DNA of 64,000 nt, taken from Eledone cirrhosa. Lineage: Eukaryota. Shown in pieces: positions 55,336-64,000 of the stretch; the first letter of the stretch is position 1, and each line of letters begins with the position of its first letter. The notes beneath the pieces were generated by a model. It was not told the origin of the DNA. It made no database searches and saw only the letters and a list, made by a program, of their open reading frames with translations. Location: the NCBI GenBank assembly GCA_964016885.1, contig OZ024747.1, forward strand, positions 77,810,001 to 77,874,000. Reading direction: 5' to 3'. The position numbers and the translations under genes are program-made.

Positions 55336-56231
55336 TACTGTAGTTGCAATGACAATTTAAATAAATTTCCCTACAAAGTGAACAATGCATTTGAAAGGTT
55401 TGTTATTTAATAACATTTTAATAATGAATCCTTAACATCATGCTCAGTTTCTCTCAATTGTATATTTAGTTAAATAAATGACAGCATTAAATTAAAAAAT
55501 TAAAAAGAAAAAAACTTGGCAGACACTTTTAAGTGTAAATCTATAAATATTGGACTCTTCCTGTAGGCTTGGAAACAATTTTTGAAATTTTGAAAGTGTG
55601 TTTACATTAACCTTTGCAGCCTCTTAGAATTTTTAACTTAGCACACAGATCTCCTATACTACCTTTATGGAGCCCCAGGGGTCTGTGAAGCACAAGCTGG
55701 GAACTGCTTGTCTAAAGACTTTGAAGTATTTTTTTGTTTTGTTTTTTATTCCTTCTAAATCTGTAAACATTCCAGGATTCCAGAGGAAAATTTGGGTATT
55801 CCTGTGAGGAAATTATTTTTAAGTTGAAAAATTCTTTTATCATTATTTGTTAGATTTCTTGATCTTAAAGTTGATTTCAAGAATGCTGATGTTAAATAAG
55901 GCTGTTAATGTTAGGCAACAAATTGTGCTGGGGTGGGTTGGGAAATTGTGACTGTGAACTGGTGAAAAACAGAATACAGTGTACCCCCAGCATTCACAGT
56001 CCTGGTTATTTGTGGAATTTTCCTTAGAACCTAACTAATAATTGTTCGTGGAAACCATTGCATATTCACAGAATCGTAAATATCTTCCGCGGTTTATTTT
56101 TATGGCTTTTTTCGTGACAATTTATATTTTTTTAACACTAAATTATTAACAACAATATACTGTATTTGCCGGCCTATTGGACGCCCCTTCGCATAAGTCG
56201 CTTCCTCATTTTTTATTATATTTTATGTTAT

Positions 56232-56690
56232 ACTAGCAGAGGTACCTGGCGTTGCTCGGGTATTAAATACCAGTTATGTATACCATTTATGTCAATACTT
56301 CAGTACTGCTTGGAAAACTATACTTTTACAAAATCATCAGCTTTTTCCATAAGAGGGTTCCTGCCCCCAGGGGTCCCCTACTCAATATGTGCCAATTCTG
56401 AGAGTTCACATTCATCTGTAGAACAAACGTAGCCCATGTGTCAAGTTTTGTGAAAATCGGTTGCGAACTCCAGAAGTTATGACGTGTTGTTGCATTGCAC
56501 TGCAGTGCTTCAGTTGACTCCAAGGAAGTGGTTAAAGGGGGTTATCTGCCGGGAGGCCCTATAATCAATATCTGGAAAAATGAAAGTGCCCATGACCATC
56601 CGGAGTACATAAGTAACCTATGTCTTAAGTTTGGTGAAAATACTGTAGAAATGCATAAGGTTAACACACACACGCGCGCGTGTGTATTTG
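56232..56690 (+). mobile_element. Non-autonomous Helitron/Helentron-like element
   Basis: Starts ACTAGCAGAGGTACCTGGCGTTGCTCGGG; contains AAGTTTTGTGAAAATCGGTTG and AAGTTTGGTGAAAAT motifs typical of such elements. Confidence 0.55.
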
Positions 56691-56782
56691 TGTGTGCGTA
56701 TGTATGTGTGCGTGTGTATGTCCGTCGGCGCATACGTATGTACTGGCCTAAATCTTCACTATTTACTTTTACTATTTTAAGG

Positions 56783-56900
56783 CAAAGTTAAAATCCCGTC
56801 GAGGTTAACTTTACCTTTCATCATTACGGGATCGATAAAATAAAGTACCAGTAATGTACTGAGTAATTGCTGGCTTTGTGCCAAAAGTAGAAACAACTAT
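56783..56900 (+). mobile_element. Family-A SINE, 5'-truncated
   Basis: AAATCCCGTCGAGGTTAACTTTACCTTTCATC...GATAAAATAAAGTACCAGT...GTGCCAAAAGTAGAAAC. Confidence 0.8.
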
Positions 56901-58039
56901 TTTAATAATCTTTGTCATTTTCGTTTACAATTTTATTTACATCATTCTTAAACTCCGGGGCTGGAAATCATTCGGTTATTTTAAATAGAATATTAGTCTA
57001 ACGACTCCATTTATACCATAAACTTGGTCTTGTCTTTGCATGAAATTGTTCTTCACGATCCACATAACGACGTATTATCCTCGCTTTTTTCCCGTTCATT
57101 ACCAGGGAACGTCTTCACGAACCAAAATATCGTCTTCCTGTTTTCCTTCGGTTGCAACGTTTCTCGAAATATTTAATTCTGCGTTCACAGATTGAATTTA
57201 TTAGTTTAAGAAGATCCCGTTAATGTTGAAAGCAGCGATTCTTTGCTTAAACTTTCTTTCTTTCTCAACCCCTCTCCCTTTTTTCTCATACCCTCGCTCT
57301 CTCTCTCACGCATACCCCCCCCCCCCCCCCCACACACACACACTCTCTCTCTCTCTTTATATATGTTTTTGTCGTCATCCTCACTCACTCTCTGTCTCTC
57401 TATCTGATTATCTTGTACCTCTCTCTGTATAACAATCTATTTCACTCTCTCTCCCTACATCTCCCTTTAGATGTGTGTGTGTGTGTGTGTGATATATATA
57501 TAGAGAGAGTTGCAACATGTATGTAGTTCCATAGATTTTTGAGGGTAGTGAGAATGAAAATATAAACAGAGTATATAAATAAATTTACAGTAGAATAACA
57601 TAACAAATATATTTTAAATATATACATAAATAACATTACAAATGCCTCGGTAACACTACAAAGGATGATACAATGAAAGATATATTCCTTCAATATTAAA
57701 GAAAATGCAAAGGAAGGGGTGAACAACGGAGCCAACACCAGAGCAAAAGACAGCAACGTCGCGAGTACTGGGCAACCTCTCTAATTTTGAGGCAAGCCAG
57801 CACACTCGCAGCGTTGCCTCCGGTGATGGCGAGGCTGATGCACTGAAATATTGTTTAAAAGACTTTCTAATGGAAATGAAGCAAAATGGAAGCTTAATGT
57901 TGAAACTTCGAACTCGTGAATTTTGCTGGCCCGAAAACTGTTCGTGTATTTTTGTACGCGAAGTTTGTTCGTAACGTAAATAGATAAACAAATGACGCCA
58001 TAAAAGGGAAATAACTCGTCTCTCATCTCTATTTATATA

Positions 58040-58998
58040 TTTGAACTGAAAAATCAATACATTACAAATTCGATTTTTGAACTTGGCGTGGGTCGATTTG
58101 AAAATTTGTTTGACCGATGTCTCCGCCGGACCTTCATCTATAAGTGTAGCAATTTCACCGAAATTTGAACGTACGGTTTAAGAGGAGATGTGTGCCGACC
58201 GTTTTAGTAGACACAGACAGACAACCTCAGTTTTATATATATAGACTAGCAGAAAACCACCCGGTGGGCGGTTTTCTGCTAGCAAATCTAGTGTATAGAC
58301 TGATATTGTTGAGATTTGGATGAGAAATGTTTTCGGCACCACATGTTCACCGTCTCTCGGTGTGTCTTTTATACATGTATAAATATATGTTATCTATACG
58401 GTGAAATCTTTGAAATAAATATATGTTAAAACGAAAAAGGAGAAAAAGAGATTAGTGACGGAAATATAAACGTTATGATACATAAACGTTATGATATAAC
58501 GATGGAAATATATAAACGTTTACGATAAAACGATGGAAATAGAAACGTTTATATATAATGATAAGCCGAAACACTCGTAAGTCGAAACACTCGTAAAGCG
58601 AAACGTATAAATAAAATTTAATGTAATGAATTTGAAAAGCATAAGATTTGAAACCGCGTCTATTTGTTTCCTTGGCATTTTTTACAGACGGACAGACAGA
58701 CAAACAAACAGAGAAATGCTCATTATATATTATAAGTAGACTTGGCATGGTGTCAAGTCAGAACCGTCTCGAACTGGTTACTTCTGGCTTGTGCAAGGTG
58801 TCTCTATAGCAACCAGCGATTCCCTCGGCCTCAGTGACCAAAGTCAGTGGAGAGAGGAAGGTAATGTTTCTATAGCGACAGTGTTTCTCTTGGTAGTACC
58901 AAAGTGGAGAAAGGAAGGGGAAGGTAATATTTCTGTAGCACCTACATTTGAGTTTTAGGGAAGTACAGACAGACAAACAGAGAAAAGCCCATATATTT

Positions 58999-59000
<2 letters not shown>
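58040..59000 (+). mobile_element. Tandem Helitron-like modules, each ending (GACA)n...TTATATAT
   Basis: Module ends at ~58245, ~58740 and ~58995; hairpin CTAGCAGAAAACC...GGTTTTCTGCTAG at 58246-58282. Confidence 0.5.
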
Positions 59001-59030
<30 letters not shown>

Positions 59031-59058
59031 TACACACAGAAATGTATATATATTTCTC

Positions 59059-59097
<39 letters not shown>

Positions 59098-59364
59098 CAC
59101 ACACACAAATGTATATATATTTCTGTGTGTATATATATATATTTCTGTGTGTGTATATATATATATATTACACACACAGAAATGTATATATATTTCTGTG
59201 TGTATATATATATATATATCACACACACAGAAATGTATATATATTTCTGTGTGTATATATATATATTTCTGTGTGTGTATATATATATATTACACACACA
59301 GAAATGTATATATATTTCTGTGTGTATATATATATATTACACACACAGAAATGTATATATATTT

Positions 59365-59422
<58 letters not shown>

Positions 59423-59690
59423 CACACACACAAATGTATATATATTTCTGTGTGTATATATATATATTTCTGTGTGTGTATATATATATATATTACACAC
59501 ACAGAAATGTATATATATTTCTGTGTGTATATATATATATATATCACACACACAGAAATGTATATATATTTCTGTGTGTATATATATATATTTCTGTGTG
59601 TGTATATATATATATTACACACACAGAAATGTATATATATTTCTGTGTGTATATATATATATTACACACACAGAAATGTATATATATTTC
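58992..59690. repeat. Compound palindromic (TG)(TA)(CA) minisatellite with a 325-bp duplication
   Basis: Units TTTCTGTGTGT(AT)nTACACACAGAAA; identical ORFs at 59097 and 59422 show the 325-bp period. Confidence 0.9.
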
Positions 59691-59809
59691 TTAGAACAAA
59701 ATTATTAGTAATGTTTTGATGTTCATAACAATTGGAATTGAAAAATTACTTTTGAAATTATTAGTTATTTTACTAATGTTTAAATATGTAAAAATGAAGC
59801 AATGTTTCT

Positions 59810-60003
59810 AATAATTGTTTCTACTTTTGGCACAAGGCCAGCAATTACCCAGTACATTACTGGTACTTTATTTTATCGACCCCGTGAGGATGAAAGGCAA
59901 AGTTAACCTCGGCGGTATTTGAACTCATACCGTAAAGGGACGTAACTCCATGCTATGAAGCATGATGTCCGACTCTCTACAGATTCTGCCAATCCACCGC
60001 CCT
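59810..60003 (-). mobile_element. tRNA-derived SINE (family A), full length
   Basis: Reverse copy from AATAATTGTTTCTACTTTTGGCAC to GCCAATCCACCGCC. Confidence 0.88.
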
Positions 60004-61389
60004 AATGTCTGTACGTAATGAGAGAGTGAGAGGGGAGAGAAAGAAAGGCAGAGGTGAAGTGACGAAGTGACTCTCTCCTCCTCCTCCCCATTCATCACAG
60101 CGATAGAGGGGAGGAATGTTAGTGTGTTAGAAAGAGTGAGAGAAACAGACAGACTAAAAGAGAGGGATAGCTGGAGAGAGAGAGAGAGATAGCAACCACG
60201 CACGCACGTGTTTCCACTGTCGGACAGACAGACAGAGGAATTGCTGGTTATATATTATAAGGAGATTTGACGTTTATAGGCATTTTTCTGGGCAACGTCC
60301 AATATTTGCAGTTTTTCACTTTCCGCAGGTGCTCTAGGAACGTGACCCCACAAATACCGGGTACAACTGTATAAGGAAAAAAAGGTTAAGAAACACTATT
60401 TTAGATGTTGAGCTATATTTTCTTCTCGGCCCCTAATCTGGTGTTATACAAACTAAATATTACCTTGTTATTCCTTTTTTAATTTACTAAGATGACTTCA
60501 ATGTCTGTACCTTGTCTCTTCCTTTTTTAACTTCTGTTCCATGCTGTACTGAACATCGGGACATCCTTGAGCAGTTTCTGTAGCATATGAGTTTTTTTGG
60601 GGGGTCTTTTAATTGGGGAGGGGTGGAGAAGATGATGCCAATTACTTGCTGAACTTACTCCAAAAGAAAAGGACACGATTGGTCCCCTGCCCGACTTATT
60701 CTTATAGTGCAACACAGCCAATTCTAAGAAACAGAGACAAATTGATCCAGTACTTGATAGATACTTTATTTATTGGGCTCAATATGGGTGAAAGGCAAAG
60801 TTGAGATTTGAACTCAAAATGTTGAGAGCTAAAACAAAAACTGTAAAGTCTTGTTGGTGATTTATACAATAACAATGTGATGTGGTTCTGTTAAGACCGA
60901 GAAAGCACCTGAATCTACAAACTCTCTAAGCCCATGAAAATCATACTTTTAAAATATAATCTGTTTGTTTAACCAGGTAGGAGTGTGGGCTTGACAAATA
61001 CAAGATATTTAGGCCATATGATTGTCTTTGTTAAGCATGAAAGAGTTTATCATTAGCCTTACAGACTTTGTACCACATTTACTATATTTAGAACAACTTA
61101 TTTTATACACAATATCATCATCATATTACATATATTTTCCTTGTAAGCATGAGTTGAACAAGTTGTCACAGTTTGAGACTGGACAGCTTGGAGAACCTTA
61201 TCTTGCTTTCTAGACCTGGGCTCAGATTTGGCTGTTATTTCTAGTAGGTCAAACAACAACATAGAGGGGTTTTTTTCTTCTTTGTCTCTGCTCAGTTATT
61301 CCTGGGAAGGTGATATGGACAGTCCTGAGCCATACCTTTCAGTGGGTCCTATCAGAAGCCACCGTCTCCAGTTAATCTAGCTAAATCCT

Positions 61390-62150
61390 CAAATGAGACC
61401 AATTGATGTTATCCAACTGTCTTGCTCATGGTCTACCTTTGAGACTCAAGCTGGTTGGCTTTGGCTGTAAAATCTCTCCAGTGATTTTTTCCTTAGACAT
61501 TCTAATGACATGTCCATAGTGCCAGAGCTGTGATCTCTCAATTTGGAGAAGTAGCAGCTATACTTGCGGCAATTCCCTGATCTCCGAGTTATGCACTCTA
61601 TCAAGTAAAATTACTCCAAAGACCCTTTGGAGGAACCCCACTTCAGCCGTTCATATTCACAATCGTATTCTTTCAGTCTTTACTCTAGATTCATGACCGT
61701 AGGTAAAAGTAGGCACAACCACTGAATTGAAGACAGCGAGTTTAACTTTTATCCCTAATTTCCTTCTTCTGATGACCAAATGCTGAAGCTGGTGCATTAC
61801 TGCACCAGCTCCTACAATTATTGCATTTAATTCAGCCTCCTACCTTGCATCACTCATGAAAACGGTCCTGAGATACTTGAACTTATCAACTTGCTTTAGT
61901 GGAACTCCACTCACATGCAGAATGCACTGCGCAGGTTTTTTTGAGAAGATGAAAATCTCAGTACATGCAGCAGATTTTCGTTCCAACCATGCAGTAATCT
62001 CAAAAACCTAGCAAGTGAATGTCGGGAGATCACCTTCTGATGAGTTAAGTAGTACCATGTCATCTGCAAATTCCAACGGACTGATTTTACACCTGCCTGA
62101 TTTTCAGACTACTTTCAACCCAGCTTGTTTGGAAAGTGTTTTTGTTGGCT
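61390..62150 (-). pseudogene. Degenerate RTE-clade (Expander/Rex3-like) LINE reverse transcriptase fragment
   Basis: Minus-strand translation gives LEFADDMVLL (FADD at 62070-62059), QVDKFKYL, PTFTYGHES, YGHVIRM and KGRP, with several in-frame stops. Confidence 0.88.
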
Positions 62151-62164
62151 TAAATTCTTTTTCT

Positions 62165-62500
62165 TCCACCTTTCTCTCCCTACCTTTTTCTCACTCAATC
62201 ACTCCCTCTCTCTCTTTCTCTCACTCTCCGTCTCTCTCTCTTTCTCTCACTCTCCGTCTCTCTCTCACTCTCTTTCTCAGTCTCTCTCCCTCTCACTCAC
62301 TCCCTCTCTCTCACACTCTCTCTCTTTCTCACAGTCTCTCTCACTCACTCCCTCTCTCTCTCTCACAGTCTCCCTCTCTCATTCACAGTCTCTGTCTCTC
62401 TCACTCCCTCTCTCTCCCACAGTCTCTGTCTTTCTCACAGTCTCTGTCTCCCTCACTCCCTCTCCCACAGTCTCTGTCTCTCTCTCCCCCCTCTCTCTCA
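62165..62500. repeat. (CT)-rich polypyrimidine low-complexity tract
   Basis: Seen directly. Confidence 0.93.
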
Positions 62501-63115
62501 ATGGCTTGCTCAGTTGTGATTAATTAAGATTAGTAGTTAATGACAACCTTTGCCTCATTAGACATAGTTTTAATCACTGGAAGTTGTTGCCATAGAGATA
62601 GCTTTGTTTTATCTTAAGTCATTTATCTTATTTGACTTCAAAGAGTGAAGAGGTGTGTGGGGGGGGGGGGGTGACAGTAACCCAGGTTACATATATTTCC
62701 AGTATTTCTATTCTTTCCTCTCTGACAGTTTTGAGAGATTAAAATCTTGTCAAAATGAACTTTGTATTTCTTTTATTCTACCTATAGTGTGTATGTGGGG
62801 GGGGGGGGTTAGTGTGTGTGTGGAGGGAGATGTGTTAGTGTGTGTATGAGTGGGAGATGTGTTAGTTAGTGTGTGTGTGGGTGCATTGGTGTGTGTATGT
62901 GGGTGCGTTTGTGAGTGTGCATGTGCATATATTAGTGTGTGGCTGTGTGGTGCAGTAATTGAGTGACTAAAATAATGTTTGGTACAGGCTTGGCCCAAAT
63001 AAGCAAATGGGTTCTAGGCCCTCCCACCCCACAAATAATTGATCCTACCAAATAATTTTCTCTCACTAAAATAAGGAAATACACAAATATTTTCACTTTC
63101 TTTTCTCTTTTCCAG

Positions 63116-63267
63116 GAAGGTGGATGGCTATGGGTTTGAACGCTCAGACAGCTTCGACTATGGACTCAACAAGGAATTTATATCAACCTATAAACCCATC
63201 TTAGACCGACGAACCAAGCGATGGAGTGATAATGTTTCAAATTCAAAAATTCCTCACAACAGAAAAA
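63116..63267 (+). CDS. GRTP1: Internal coding exon of growth hormone-regulated TBC protein 1-like (Rab-GAP TBC family) gene: KVDGYGFERSDSFDYGLNKEFISTYKPILDRRTKRWSDNVSNSKIPHNRK
   Basis: Strong acceptor (tttcttttctcttttccag|G) and donor (AAA|gtaatt). The peptide matches the GRTP1/TBC1D6 N-terminal pattern D.YGFER..DFD.....EF.S.Y...L.RR..+W that precedes the TBC domain. The gene continues beyond the window. Confidence 0.85.
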
Positions 63268-63328
63268 GTAATTTTTATCTTTTTCTTTTGTTAGAATTAT
63301 TGATTATTTCAGGAATTGATCGATAAAA

Positions 63329-63716
63329 TCCCAGACCTCGTTCACTTACCGAGTGGGTGGAACTTGTCAACTCAGACCAAGGAAACAATGTTTCCATTGC
63401 TGATACTATCTACTAGTCATAGTTCCTGGCAGAAGAAGCAACATGAAATAAAGTGTCTTGCTCAAGGATTGATGAGATCCCAGACCTCGCTCACTTACCG
63501 AGTAGGGTGGAGCTCATCAAATCGGACCAAGGAAACAATGTTTCCATTGGTTTTTTTGATTGCTGATACTATCTACCAGCTGCAACTCCTGGCAGAAGAA
63601 GCAATATGAAATAAAGTGTCTTGCTCAAGGACATAACACATCGTCTGGTCTGAGAAATGAACTCACAACCTCACAACTGAAAATCCAATTCTCTAATCAC
63701 TAAGCCATGTGCCTTA
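63329..63716 (-). mobile_element. Family-B SINE with a ~150-bp tandem duplication
   Basis: 63329-63468 is repeated at 63478-63631; the reverse tRNA-like head ends TAAGCCATGTGCCTT. Confidence 0.75.
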
Positions 63717-63911
63717 ATTAAATATTATCATGTACCTATTGTTTACAAATTGGTTGAGTTCTTAGAGCATCTGATTAATTGCTTCTGTTTTTGTTCTGGA
63801 CCTACTTAGCCCTGAGTTCAAATCTCACTGAAGTCAACTTTGACTTTCATCCTTTTGAGATCAGTAAATATTGTATCAATCCAGGGGCTGGTGGTTTTGT
63901 AGAATCATTAA

Positions 63912-64000
63912 CCCTTTAGCATTTACATTATTCTATATATTCTATTGTATTTTTGTGGTAAAGGCTTTATCTTACAATTACCTCACATAATATTGAAGCT
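63912..64000. mobile_element. Left end of a family-1 TTAA MITE (runs off the window)
   Basis: TTAA|CCCTTTAGCATTTACATTA..TATTGTATTTTTGTGGTAAAGGCTTTA. Confidence 0.8.

Larger units (their letters stand above)
55977..60369. mobile_element. Possible Tigger/pogo-like DNA transposon shell containing nested insertions
   Basis: TA|CAGTGTACCC... at the left and ...GGGTACAACTG|TA at the right (degenerate TIRs, TA duplication). No transposase ORF seen. Confidence 0.5.

Noticed and set aside
58948-59719. 230-250-aa Y/I/C/V-rich ORFs
   Set aside because: Translation of dinucleotide repeats.
62015-62527. 170-aa Ser/Leu-rich ORF
   Set aside because: Antisense of a dead LINE plus a (CT)n tract.

Overview
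This is AT-rich, repeat-dense eukaryotic genomic DNA. The SINE families, microsatellite load and style suggest a cephalopod (Octopus-like) genome, which is an inference. Bases 1-~30145 are a single 41/42-bp satellite array (~730 monomers) with clear multi-kilobase internal duplications. The rest of the window is mostly intronic or intergenic sequence. It holds the first two coding exons of a GRTP1 (TBC1D6)-like Rab-GAP gene on the + strand (41780-41805 and 63116-63267, separated by a ~21.3-kb phase-2 intron). It also holds tRNA-derived SINEs, TTAA-flanked piggyBac-type MITEs, a nested Tigger/pogo-like plus Helitron-like region, degenerate RTE LINE fragments, several minisatellites and two long palindromes. 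Nearly all supplied ORFs are artefacts of repeats. The most notable theme is satellites caught being born from identifiable parents: a MITE terminus, a LINE coding tail and possibly an exon. I found no convincing novel multi-gene system. SINE and transposon boundaries were read by eye and are approximate.
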